DNA of 64,000 nt from Pseudomonadota bacterium (GCA_023386035.1 JAEWKM010000050.1:67694-131693); one strand, 5' to 3'. Counted from the first letter of the stretch, positions 48,224 to 57,730 are shown. Program-made: numbers and translations. The notes: generated by a model not told the origin, from the letters alone.

Positions 48224-50188
48224 CTAGGCCGCTCCGTTCCTGCGGTTGGCTCCGGCTTCTTCGCTGTCATCGTCGTCGGCCAGTTCTGCGGCCTCGGCGG
48301 CGCTGGCCTGCTTGCGGCGGCGCAGTCCGATCAGGGGCACGATGCTCATGATGGTGCCGCCAATCCACAGCCAGTTGACCATCGGTTCCACACTGAGCTT
48401 GACCACAACGTGCGAATCTTCGTCCAGACCAAGCAGCGAGGCGTATATTTCGTTACCAAAGCTGGGTATTACGTCCACTTCAGAGAACTGCATGCTGCCG
48501 AATTTTTCGTACAAACGGCGCTCGGGAGCCACAATGCCAAGGTCTTTGCCGTCTTTGTCGGTAATACGAACGCGCGCGGCAATATAATCGTAACCGGGGC
48601 GGGTGCCTTCATTCAGCTCCAGCAGCGTTGCGGTGTAGCCAGCCAGCTTCTGGGATTGACCTACGGTAAAGTGCAGGTCGCTTTCCTGCTTGTAGGGGCC
48701 GGAAAAGGCGATGCCCAGGGCCATGAGGGCCATGCCGAGGTGCGCGCCAAGAGCGCCAAGGCTGTTGGGCTGCCTGCGCACGGACTTGTCGGCCAGCTGA
48801 AAGAGTATACCCGTGAGGATGGCGATGGCAGAGGCCGCGCCCAGCAGAGCGGTGGGCTGGCGGAAGCCCATAAACCAGATGGCCGCGCCGCTGGCCACAA
48901 AGACGGCCACCACGGCAAAGAAGGCGTTTTTGTTACGCAAACCGCCGCCCCAGCCGAGCCAGGGGCAGGCCGCCATCATGAGCATGAGCAGCGCGCCCAG
49001 GGGCAGGCAGACGCGGTTGTAAAAGTTGGCATCAAGCCCGCGCGGGGCAGAAGCCCAAAGTTTGCTGATAACGGGCCACATTGTGGCCACAAGAATGATG
49101 GCCGCCAGAGCCAGCAGCACCCAGGCCACCAGAGTCAGGAAGCCTTCGCGGCTGTCCAGACCAGCCAGGGGGCGGCCCTGCTTGGGAGCCATAAGGGGCA
49201 CCCAGAGGGAGATCACAAGGCCAGCGATGATGAACCATGTGAGGGGCGTACCCACGCCGCCGTCGCCAAAGGCGTGCACAGAGTCAATAACGCCGCTGCG
49301 CACAAGGTAGGTGGCAAAAAAGGCAGAAACCGTGGTCAGGGCCATCATGGCCACGTTGACGCGGCCAAGCTTGTTGCGGCGGTCTTCAATAATCAGGGTG
49401 TGCAGTGCCGCGGAACCGATGAGCCAGGGGATGAGAGAGGCGTTTTCCACCGGGTCCCATGCCCAGTAACCGCCCCAGCCAAGTTCCATATAGGCCCACC
49501 ACGCGCCAAGCACGATGCCCGAGGTCAGGAACAGCCATGCGAGAATGATGACCGGGCGCGAAATGCGGTACCACGCGCCTTCAGTGGACGCCTGACCCGA
49601 AAGGGCCTGGGCCAGCGCCAGACATGCGGGAATGGTAAAGCCGCCGTAGCCCAGAAAGAGCAGGGGCGGATGAAAAATCATGCCGGGGTTCTGCAGCAGG
49701 GGGTTCAGACCGTTGCCGTCCGCCGGGGCGGGGCTTTGCAGAATAAAGGGATTGCTCCAGCTGGTAAGAATAAGGGCAAAGAAGCCCATGATGGAGTAGA
49801 AAAATGTCCAGTACCACAGGCGTGTGGAACCGCTCAGGTTTTTATAGGCGCGCGTACATGCGAAAAGGGAACCGCTAACGCCCACGGCCAGCGCCCAGAA
49901 CAGCATGGAGCCGGGCTGCCCGGCCCAGAATGCGGTCAGGCGGTAGAAGACCGGAAGAATGCGGTCGGTATAGCTGGCCACATACTGCACCTGAAAATCG
50001 TACCAGAACAGGGCGTGCAGCAAGATGGCGGAAGAAAGCAGCAGTGCGCCGCTGATGACTACATGGGCTTTTTCGACAATTCGCAGGGAGTCTTCGCGTC
50101 CTTGCCACAATTGCAGCAGGGCCAGGCCGCCGCCGCCCAGAGATGCGAGCAGGGCCAACAGAAGGAGAGCAAAGGCAAAAACGTACAT
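48224..50188 (-). CDS. ccmF: Cytochrome c-type biogenesis protein CcmF (heme lyase component)
   Basis: WWD motif WGGYWAWDPVENASLIPW. About 15 TM segments. Typical size. Confidence 0.93.
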   Translation of the reverse strand: MYVFAFALLLLALLASLGGGGLALLQLWQGREDSLRIVEKAHVVISGALLLSSAILLHALFWYDFQVQYVASYTDRILPVFYRLTAFWAGQPGSMLFWALAVGVSGSLFACTRAYKNLSGSTRLWYWTFFYSIMGFFALILTSWSNPFILQSPAPADGNGLNPLLQNPGMIFHPPLLFLGYGGFTIPACLALAQALSGQASTEGAWYRISRPVIILAWLFLTSGIVLGAWWAYMELGWGGYWAWDPVENASLIPWLIGSAALHTLIIEDRRNKLGRVNVAMMALTTVSAFFATYLVRSGVIDSVHAFGDGGVGTPLTWFIIAGLVISLWVPLMAPKQGRPLAGLDSREGFLTLVAWVLLALAAIILVATMWPVISKLWASAPRGLDANFYNRVCLPLGALLMLMMAACPWLGWGGGLRNKNAFFAVVAVFVASGAAIWFMGFRQPTALLGAASAIAILTGILFQLADKSVRRQPNSLGALGAHLGMALMALGIAFSGPYKQESDLHFTVGQSQKLAGYTATLLELNEGTRPGYDYIAARVRITDKDGKDLGIVAPERRLYEKFGSMQFSEVDVIPSFGNEIYASLLGLDEDSHVVVKLSVEPMVNWLWIGGTIMSIVPLIGLRRRKQASAAEAAELADDDDSEEAGANRRNGAA

Positions 50189-50353
50189 GGGACTCCTTTT
50201 ACAAGGCCTTGAGGCCGTGGTGCGGGGCCGCGCGCCGCCTTATGCGGAAGGGCTGCCCCCATGCGCAAGATGTCCGGCGATGCGCCGGGCCAGGGAACTG
50301 TCAAACCAATTGCACAGCGATGCCGTCTCCATCAAGGCCATTGCATCACCTGG

Positions 50354-50383
50354 GGCATTTTTACTTTGAAATATTTGTCTCAC
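50354..50383 (+). repeat. Partial copy of the GAGCATTT..ACTTTGAAA repeat
   Basis: GGCATTTTTACTTTGAAATATTTGTCTCAC resembles the left end of element copy A. Confidence 0.5.
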
Positions 50384-50542
50384 GGCCAAGTATCGTTGCT
50401 CTGGCCGTAGCAGTTGCCCGCCATTGTGGCGCAAGTGCAGTTTCAGTTGTCTCACACAGGCTCTGCGTGAAGACAGCGCTGCCATTTCTTTACGCTGTTA
50501 AGCGCTGGAGTGAGCGTAGTAAATCTGTTTTGCAAGCTGGCG

Positions 50543-50956
50543 TCAGCTTTGCCGATTTTCTTTCTCGTACTTGGACGGACACTTGGTCATGAGCGTTTTG
50601 GCCACAAAACTGCCCTGAGCGTCCATGCCGCCTTCAACAATAACTTCCGCGCCTGCCTTAAAGGTGTCGGGCACGGTGCCGCTGTAGCGCACGGCTATGG
50701 TCTGGCTGGCATTGTCCTTGTCTTCAAGCAGAAAATTTACGCCCGATCCGGCCGAAGCTTTTTCAATGCCATCAGACGCAACGGTTCCGAAAAGCCGGGC
50801 AGAGGTCAATTTTTCAGGGGTAGCGGCTCTGGCTTCAGAAACGTTCAAGAAGTAAACGCTGTTTTCCGAAAAGCCCGAATAGGTCAGATAGCCGACGCCG
50901 CCAAGAAAAAGCAGCAGGGCTACTATATAGACACCAGTGTTTTTTTTGCGGGCCAT
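50543..50956 (-). CDS. ccmE: Cytochrome c maturation heme chaperone CcmE, CXXXY variant
   Basis: N-terminal TM and an OB-fold region. The C-terminal motif is KCPSKY in place of the usual HxxxY. Start at MARKKNTG with a GAGG RBS. Confidence 0.9.
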   Translation of the reverse strand: MARKKNTGVYIVALLLFLGGVGYLTYSGFSENSVYFLNVSEARAATPEKLTSARLFGTVASDGIEKASAGSGVNFLLEDKDNASQTIAVRYSGTVPDTFKAGAEVIVEGGMDAQGSFVAKTLMTKCPSKYEKENRQS

Positions 50957-51500
50957 GAGTACCTCATTTCTTCGGTATGCGCGGTTTGTCGCCAATCGGA
51001 AACCACGCCGTGGCAGGCGTGCCCCGCAGGTGAACCATAGCCCGTAACGTGGTGGGCCCATATGCGCGTCTGTACGGGAAACAACCTAGACCATTTCCAC
51101 CTCTCTGACAAGGTGAGAATAATTATTGTTAGAAGGGCCAGGCGGGCAGCAGCGCGGATTTTGTGATTCAGACACACAGGGCAACCGCACGCCATTTCCC
51201 ATCACAAAACTAGGCAAGTGATTAATTACTTAAATAAATTCCACAGCGGCACGAGAATCTATACTCACAAAAAATGGGCGCGTCAGTCGCCTGCATGACA
51301 GTTTCAGGGGATTATGGCAGGCAAAAACTTTTTTTGCGTAGCCGGGTGCTGGCGTCATTTTTGTCACTTGGCGGGCTGTTTTGTTCGCGGGCAGGAAAAG
51401 GGCGGGCGTTCTATGCAGAAAAATGAAGTCTTGCTGTCGGTGCTGCCAGGTTATGGCCAACGGGGCAGCCCGGTTTGAAAGGCTGCCCCGCGTTGCTGGC

Positions 51501-52043
51501 TTACATGTTTTTGATAAAGGTCACATAGTCTTTGGCGTTCTGGGCTACGCGGGGCAGGTATTCCGTGCCCTCGTCCTCAGCCCGCTCTGTGCCGTAAAAG
51601 GCGAAAAATGAGCGATAGTCGGCATGGCAGTAGGAAAAGCTCAGTTCAAAGGGCCGTAGAATTTCGGTCAGGGTATAGTGGTATCTGCCAGTGGGTGAGT
51701 AGTCATTGGCGTCAACGCCAGCGCTTACGGCCAGGGCGACCTTGCGGTTTTGCAGCTTTTTGCCCTGGGAACCATAGGCCCATCCGTAGGTAAGAACCTC
51801 ATCAAGCCATTTTTTCATCATGGGCGGGCAATTGAACCAGTACAGGGGAAATTGCAGCACCAGTTTGCCGTGCTGCTCCACGAGGGCCTGCTCGGCAGCG
51901 GCAGCAATGACGCTGTTGGGGTAGATTGTTTCAAGGTGGCGCACTGTGAACTGATCAGGGTGGTTTTTCAGTTCCTGAGCCCAGCTTTTGTTGATTACCG
52001 ATTTTTCCAAGCTCGGGTGCGAAAGTATAACAAGGGTTTTCAT
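51501..52043 (-). CDS. NAD(P)H-dependent oxidoreductase, flavodoxin-like fold (NQO/KefG/YwrO-like)
   Basis: MKTLVILSHPSLEKSVINK ... LQFPLYWFNCPPMMKKWLDEVL is typical of the Flavodoxin_2 quinone reductase family. Confidence 0.85.
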   Translation of the reverse strand: MKTLVILSHPSLEKSVINKSWAQELKNHPDQFTVRHLETIYPNSVIAAAAEQALVEQHGKLVLQFPLYWFNCPPMMKKWLDEVLTYGWAYGSQGKKLQNRKVALAVSAGVDANDYSPTGRYHYTLTEILRPFELSFSYCHADYRSFFAFYGTERAEDEGTEYLPRVAQNAKDYVTFIKNM

Positions 52044-52218
52044 GAGGCATTCTCCCAGCGCTGCTTATAAGAGCGCATGTGTTTCAATTTCGGAATGGCC
52101 GCTTGCCCGGGCGGGTGCTTCCATAAAGAGCAGCCACACCATAGAGAGTTGTATGCCTGTAGGTATTTTTGTAAAGTATGCACATTTATAACACATACTA
52201 ACCTTTAGGAGAGTGTGT

Positions 52219-52581
52219 ATGGAAGAAGATACGCAGCTTTGTTGCCTCACGGGCGTCAACATAAAGGATACGGGCTTCGACTATACGCTTTCCCTCATTG
52301 GGGGAAAGTACAAGATGACGATTCTCTACTGGCTGGCCGGGAAAAAGGTGCTGCGGCACAATGAACTTAAGCGGGCCATTGGCGGCATTTCGTTCAAGAC
52401 ATTGAGCGTCATGCTCAAGGAACTTGAAGGGGACGGCCTTGTGCTGCGCCGCGAGTATCCCCAGGTGCCGCCCAAGGTGGAATACTCCCTGACGGAACGC
52501 GGGCTTTCGCTTATCCCTGTGCTGGATGCCATGTGCTACTGGGGTGAAAAAAACAGGCCGGATCAGCCCGTAAAGGCATGA
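52219..52581 (+). CDS. HxlR-family winged-helix transcriptional regulator
   Basis: GGKYKMTILYWL...LRHNELKRAIGGISFKTLSVMLKELEGDGLVLRREYPQVPPKVEYSLTERG. Divergent from the oxidoreductase. AGGAG RBS. Confidence 0.88.
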   Translation: MEEDTQLCCLTGVNIKDTGFDYTLSLIGGKYKMTILYWLAGKKVLRHNELKRAIGGISFKTLSVMLKELEGDGLVLRREYPQVPPKVEYSLTERGLSLIPVLDAMCYWGEKNRPDQPVKA

Positions 52582-52649
52582 TCCGACCCGTATTATTGTG
52601 ATGTTGCCGTGCACCGTTGGCGGTTTTATTCGAGGTCAGGGGTTGCTTC

Positions 52650-52847
52650 TAGAGCAGATTAACTTTGAAAATACGTATTTTCAAAGTTTAATACACGCTC
52701 ATTACGGCGTTTAATCGCGCAAATAAATAGCGGTGCTGTCTTCATCCGTAGCTTCCTACGTCGCAACCGCTGAAGCTGCGCTTACGCCTCCATGGCGGGC
52801 GTCTGCTCACGCAGTCACCTTGGCATTTCAAAGTTGAAATGCTCTAA
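52650..52847 (-). repeat. MITE-like element, copy B (198 nt, about 88-nt internal insertion relative to copy A)
   Basis: The reverse complement aligns with copy A at both ends (TTAGAGCATTTCAACTTTGAAATG...; ...GAGCGTGTATTAAACTTTGAAAATA...TTTCAAAGTTAATCTGCTC) and at the central hairpin. Confidence 0.7.
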
Positions 52848-52905
52848 ACGGAGAGCACTTGCCCCAAGGGTAAGAGAAGGCCCTTTGACGCAGCCAATTG
52901 AGCCC

Positions 52906-53841
52906 CTAAGGAATATCCCGAAAAGAAGGGGCCGGGGGCCGTCGGGATTGATCTGCCCCGCCGTGAAAGCACATGTGCCTGATGATGCCGTCCACCAGGC
53001 CCACCTTGGGAATAACGAATCTGCCCGCGCCGGATCTGGCCGCCACGCTAAGGAATATCTCCAGAGCTGGCACAATGACGTCTGCCCTGTATTCGTTGAG
53101 GCGATAGCGGGCCATGCGTTCGGCATAGGGCAGGGTGCGCAGATCTTCATACAGGGCCTGCAACTCGGCGCGGCTGGTGGCTTTGCCTTCTTTTTTATCC
53201 AGAAGCTTTGCGGCCTTGTTGATGTTGCCGCCCGAGGCAATGATCTGGCGCGGCCTGTAGATTTCGGCCATGCGCGCCAGATGGGCATCCAGACGCAGCC
53301 GTTCTTCCTGCGCCACAACCTTGGCCAGCATGCGCAGCGTACCCACCTGAAAGGACTGAGCCTCCAGCAGGGCGTTGTTTCTTACGGCGATGATCTCGGT
53401 ACTGCCGCCGCCCACATCCACATAAAGCGCTGTTTCGTCCGAATCAACCCAGCCGGAAAAGACATTGGCCTCAAAAAGAATTTCTGCTTCTTCAACACCG
53501 GAGATGATGGAAATTTCCAGCCCGGTGGCCCGCCCCGCGCTGTTGATAAGTTCCGGCCCGTTGACGGCGTCGCGCATGGCGCTGGTGGCGCAGATGCGGT
53601 AGTGGTCCACGTCATAGGCCCGCATAAGGTGCACAAAGGCCGTCATGGCTTCCATAAATTGATGCTGCCTGGTATCCGAAATGCGGCCACTGGTGAAAAC
53701 ATCGGCCCCAAGCCGTACAGGAATACGCAGATAGGCGTTTTTTTTGACGGATTTATCCGGGCTCAGGCCTGTGACGTCACTGATAAGACAGCGGATGGCA
53801 TTGGAACCCACATCCATAGCGGCAACGGTTTGCAGTTTCAT
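52906..53841 (-). CDS. ppx: Ppx/GppA-family exopolyphosphatase (short, N-terminal ASKHA domains only)
   Basis: AAMDVGSNAIRCLI, VDVGGGSTEI and IASGGN motifs. The start lies 1 nt after the ppk stop (TAGTATG). Confidence 0.88.
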   Translation of the reverse strand: MKLQTVAAMDVGSNAIRCLISDVTGLSPDKSVKKNAYLRIPVRLGADVFTSGRISDTRQHQFMEAMTAFVHLMRAYDVDHYRICATSAMRDAVNGPELINSAGRATGLEISIISGVEEAEILFEANVFSGWVDSDETALYVDVGGGSTEIIAVRNNALLEAQSFQVGTLRMLAKVVAQEERLRLDAHLARMAEIYRPRQIIASGGNINKAAKLLDKKEGKATSRAELQALYEDLRTLPYAERMARYRLNEYRADVIVPALEIFLSVAARSGAGRFVIPKVGLVDGIIRHMCFHGGADQSRRPPAPSFRDIP

Positions 53842-53842
53842 A

Positions 53843-56029
53843 CTACTCTCCGCACGAAGCCGGGGCGGTGGCTCTGGTTGCCTGGGCCGCGGCAACGGTA
53901 GCGGCAGAGGATGCCGGGCGCGCTTTCAGAGAAGACGCCGCAGCCTGCGGCGCGGGTTTGCCGCCGCTGTGCAAATGGGCCTTGTGCCGATAGTAGTCGT
54001 GCAACATGATCTGCGAACGGCAGGGAATGGACGCAAGCCCCGTATGGTAGCTGTTGGCGCAGGTGTCGGTAAGCACGCGGGCCTTAATGTTGTCTGACCA
54101 CTGGATGGCAAAAATATCCCTGAGGGTCTGGGCCAGTTGCGGACAGTATACGGGGGCGGCCACCTCAAGCCGTCTATCGAGATTTCTGGGCATCCAGTCT
54201 GCACTGGAAATAAAGACTTTTTCCGCGTCATTGTTGCAGAAGATCATGATTCGCGCGTGTTCCAGAAACTTGTCCACAATGCTGATGGCCCAGATGTTGT
54301 CGCTCAGGCCCGGCTGCTGTGGTTTGAGACAGCAAGCGCCGCGCACAATAAGACGCACCTCCACCCCGGCCTTGCCTGCCCTGTAGAGCAGATTAATCAT
54401 GCTTTCGTCGGTCAGGCTGTTGAGCTTGGCATAAATGTAGGCAGGCTTGCCAGCCCGGGCGTTCTTTATTTCCGCCTCGATATGCCGTGAAAAAACGCTG
54501 CGCATGTTGTGCGGAGCCACCACCAATTCCTTGCTGGTCATAGGTTTGTGCGATGCCCCAAGAAAGCTGAAGATGTTGCGCGCGTCTTCGGCAAAGTTCT
54601 GGTTAGCGCTCAGCAGGCCCACATCACTGTAAAGGCGGGCCGTGTCTTCATTAAAATTGCCTGTGCCTATGTAGACATAGCCCGTTTTTTTGTGTCCTTC
54701 TGTGCGTTCCACCAGCACCAGTTTGCAGTGCACCTTGAGATCCCTGAGTCCGTGGATGATGCGCACCCCCGCCTGGTGCAGGACGTCTATGGTCTTGACG
54801 TTGCGCTCCTCGTCAAAGCGGGCCATCAGTTCGACAAAGACTGTGACCTTCTTGCCGTTCTGGGCCGCGTTGACCAGCGCGTTGATAACGCGCGAATGGT
54901 CTGCCGTGCGGTAGAGGCTTATGGAAATGTCTGTAACCTTGGGATCAATGGCGGCCTCGCCAAGAAAATCCACCACATGATTGAAGGTGTGGTAGGGAAA
55001 GTGCAGCAAGATATCCTTTTTTTTCACTACCTTGATGATGCTCGAAAAAGGTTTGATGTCAGGGTGTTCCAGTGGCGGCATGACGCGGTTTTCAAGGTCG
55101 GGCCGCACGCGGGGAAAGTTCATGAGGCTGCGCATCATATGGTAGCGCGCGCCGGGATCAAGTTCGCCGCTCTTGAGACTGAGTTTGGAGGCCAGCAGGT
55201 TCAGCAAATCCTGCGGCATGGCCTGATCGTAGATGAGGCGCACGGGGCGGCCACGTAACCTATGCTCCAGGCCTTCTTCCATCTTTTCAATGAGGCTTTT
55301 GGACACGTCGTCGTCAAGCGTCAGTTCGGCGTCGCGCATGACCTTGAAGGTGTATGCCGAAATGGCAGCGTAGTTGAACATGAAGAAAATATCGTTGAGG
55401 CAAAGGCGGATGATGTCGTCAACAAAGATGATGTCGCTGCACCCTGCGGGCGAGGGCATTTCCACAAAGCGCGGGCATTCGGCGCTGACTGGAATGCGTA
55501 TGATGGCATAGCGGTTTTTTGTGCCGCTGGCTGGCTGCATTTTAACGGCGTGGTAAATGTGGCTGTCTTGCAGAAAGGGCAGGTTGGCGCTTTTGTTGAG
55601 CATGAGGGGAACCAGCTGCGGGTTGATTACCTGGGCGAAATAGTCGCGGCAGAATTTTTCCTGCCCGGGCGTGAGCTGGGTTTCATTGCGCACGCGAATG
55701 CCCTGTTCCTGCATGGCGGCAAGGATGCTCTCGTACGTTTCGCGAAAGGCGGTCTGCGCCTTACCCACCTTGCTGTTGACGCGTTGCAGGGCCTCCTGTG
55801 GGCTGAGGCCGCCCATAAGCACGATTTTTTTGGGGTCACGGCTGCGTGAAAGGCGCGCCAGCGATGCAACACGCACCTTGATGAATTCGTCCTGATTGCT
55901 GGAGAAAATTCCAAGAAAACGCAGCCGCTGTACGAGGGGATTGGAGGCATCGCGAGCCTCTTGAAGTATGCGCTCGTTAAAGCACAACCAGCTCAATTCC
56001 CTGTTGTTCATCTTGGCACTGTCTTTCAT
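53843..56029 (-). CDS. ppk: Polyphosphate kinase 1
   Basis: NRELSWLCFNERILQEA N-terminus. Two PLD-like HKD regions (HCKLVLVER, HARIMIF). Start at MKDSAK behind GGAG. A/S-rich C-terminal tail. Confidence 0.93.
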   Translation of the reverse strand: MKDSAKMNNRELSWLCFNERILQEARDASNPLVQRLRFLGIFSSNQDEFIKVRVASLARLSRSRDPKKIVLMGGLSPQEALQRVNSKVGKAQTAFRETYESILAAMQEQGIRVRNETQLTPGQEKFCRDYFAQVINPQLVPLMLNKSANLPFLQDSHIYHAVKMQPASGTKNRYAIIRIPVSAECPRFVEMPSPAGCSDIIFVDDIIRLCLNDIFFMFNYAAISAYTFKVMRDAELTLDDDVSKSLIEKMEEGLEHRLRGRPVRLIYDQAMPQDLLNLLASKLSLKSGELDPGARYHMMRSLMNFPRVRPDLENRVMPPLEHPDIKPFSSIIKVVKKKDILLHFPYHTFNHVVDFLGEAAIDPKVTDISISLYRTADHSRVINALVNAAQNGKKVTVFVELMARFDEERNVKTIDVLHQAGVRIIHGLRDLKVHCKLVLVERTEGHKKTGYVYIGTGNFNEDTARLYSDVGLLSANQNFAEDARNIFSFLGASHKPMTSKELVVAPHNMRSVFSRHIEAEIKNARAGKPAYIYAKLNSLTDESMINLLYRAGKAGVEVRLIVRGACCLKPQQPGLSDNIWAISIVDKFLEHARIMIFCNNDAEKVFISSADWMPRNLDRRLEVAAPVYCPQLAQTLRDIFAIQWSDNIKARVLTDTCANSYHTGLASIPCRSQIMLHDYYRHKAHLHSGGKPAPQAAASSLKARPASSAATVAAAQATRATAPASCGE

Positions 56030-56286
56030 GGTCAAAGCTCCAGGCTCCGCGATATGTTGTGGTTGCCTGTGCATGTACTATTTCTATGTGAAGATCATGT
56101 GACAAAGAGAACGAAACGTTATTTTTGAACTTCTGCGCGATGGAATGTCTGTGGCGGCAGTGAAGGCCGCGAACAGCAAAAAGCCGCATACGCACTTGCA
56201 GCTTTTGCGCAAAAGACCTGTGAAATGCAGGTGGTGAGGCAATTATGTGGGGTGGGGGAATGAGTCGCCACGGGATTAGGGCACAT

Positions 56287-56313
56287 TAGTTTTTCAAAGT
56301 TACCTTGCGCTAA
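56287..56313 (-). repeat. Degenerate terminal-repeat-like motif of the repeat family
   Basis: TAGTTTTTCAAAGTTACCTTGCGCTAA compared with CATTTCAAAGTTGAAATGCTCTAA. Confidence 0.45.
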
Positions 56314-56334
56314 TCGTACCCTTCTTGAGCTCAA

Positions 56335-56368
56335 GCCAAAACAAGAAAGCCCGCAAACGCGGGCTTTC
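56335..56368 (-). terminator. Rho-independent terminator of the SPFH gene
   Basis: Minus strand: GAAAGCCCGC-gttt-GCGGGCTTTC followed by TTGTTTTGG. Confidence 0.8.
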
Positions 56369-56384
56369 TGTTCTGTGTGGTAAA

Positions 56385-56410
56385 CCTTTTTCAAAGTAAA
56401 AATGCTCTAG
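56385..56410 (-). repeat. Terminal-repeat-like motif overlapping the SPFH stop codon
   Basis: CCTTTTTCAAAGTAAAAATGCTCTAG. The CTA at 56407-56409 is the TAG stop of the SPFH gene. Confidence 0.5.
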
Positions 56411-57354
56411 CCGCGGCTGCCGCCTTTGCCCAAGCCTTCGCCGGGTTTGATGATCTTGCTCATAGCTGCAACCATGCCTGCCGCATCGGCGATATCCGCA
56501 GGAATAATAAGGCTGTTGCCCTGTTTGGCGATGTGCCCGAATTGGGTGATGTACGATTCGGCCAGGCGCAGTTGCGCAGCAGCCACGGCGTCGTTGCCAA
56601 GCTGTTCGCCAACAATGCGCAATCCCTCAGCCGTGGCCATTGCGACCGTGCGGATCTGGGCGGCTTCGCCGTCAGCATTGTTTATTACAGCCTGCTTGTC
56701 GCCTTCGGACTGAGCAATGGCCGCAGCTTTTGCGCCTTCGGCCAGATTGATGCGCGACTGCATTTCACCTTCGGACTGGGCAATAACGGCGCGCTTTTCG
56801 CGTTCGGCGCGCATCTGCTTTTCCATTGCTTCCATCACCGTGATGGGGGGCGTGATGTCGCGAATTTCATAGCGCAACACCTTGACGCCCCAGGGGGAGG
56901 TGGCGGCGTCCAGAGCTTCCACAACTTCCTGGTTGATGCGTGTGCGTTCTTCAAAAGTGCGGTCAAGCTCAAGCGTGCCTATGACGGAACGCAGCGAAGT
57001 CTGGGCAAGCTGAATAGCGCCCCATTCGTAGTCTGAAATGCCATAGGCGGATTTGTCGGGAGTGATAATTTGCAGGTAAAGCACGCCGTCAATGTCCACA
57101 CTCACGTTATCGCGGGTGATGCAGGTCTGCTTGGGCACATCCAGCACTTGTTCCTTGAGGCTGCGCTTGTAGGCGATCACGTCCACAAAGGGCACCAGAA
57201 TGTGAAAGCCCGCGTACAGAACCTTGCTGAATTTGCCGAGTCTTTCCACAACGTAGGCAGACTGGTTGGGCACAACAACGGCGGTTTTGATAAGAACGAT
57301 GATAACCAATACGGCCAACAGAAAAAGCCATCCGAAGCTATTCATAAATTCCAT
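56407..57354 (-). CDS. SPFH/Band-7 (stomatin/paraslipin-like) membrane protein
   Basis: N-terminal TM, then VVPNQSAYVVERLGKF... and an Ala/Glu-rich coiled region (AEREKRAVIAQSEGE). GAGGTAACTATG start context. Confidence 0.9.
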   Translation of the reverse strand: MEFMNSFGWLFLLAVLVIIVLIKTAVVVPNQSAYVVERLGKFSKVLYAGFHILVPFVDVIAYKRSLKEQVLDVPKQTCITRDNVSVDIDGVLYLQIITPDKSAYGISDYEWGAIQLAQTSLRSVIGTLELDRTFEERTRINQEVVEALDAATSPWGVKVLRYEIRDITPPITVMEAMEKQMRAEREKRAVIAQSEGEMQSRINLAEGAKAAAIAQSEGDKQAVINNADGEAAQIRTVAMATAEGLRIVGEQLGNDAVAAAQLRLAESYITQFGHIAKQGNSLIIPADIADAAGMVAAMSKIIKPGEGLGKGGSRG

Positions 57355-57730
57355 AGTTACCTCATGCATGATTATAAGCGTGGCGGCACGGCCTGACGGC
57401 GGCCCGTGCCCTGATGAAATACCGTTGTGCCGGGCAGATGCCCGGCAGCCGGATTTTGCGTGCCCGGTTTAGCGCGGCTGTTATGTGGCGTTGCCGCACG
57501 GGCTGTTATTGAAGCCGACCCCGGTTTTCACCGGGAAGAAGCCGGGCCTGTTGCACCCGCAGTGAGGGTGCCGTGCTCTTGTGCCCAGGCTGCTGGCGCA
57601 TTGTAGCTTTGAAATTGTCGCCTGACAGCGGGTCAGGTCCGCCAGTGTCGATTTTACCGCAAGGGCTTAACAGTGACCCCTTGCAGGCAGATGCACTTTT
57701 TCAAAAGCAATCTGCCTTATAGCGCAGATA

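Noticed and set aside
50240-50485. 81-aa minus-strand ORF in the ccmE-ccmF spacer as a new ccm component.
   Set aside because: Weak RBS, rare codons, an Arg-rich sequence and an overlap with a repeat fragment. I kept it only as a note in the spacer finding.
51150-51200. TTTGTGAT ... ATCACAAA inverted repeat upstream of ccmE as a CRP/FNR (HcpR-like) site.
   Set aside because: The half-sites are about 33 nt apart, far from the 6-nt spacer of CRP/FNR-type operators. The adjacent TTGTGA-N6-CACACA is only a half match.
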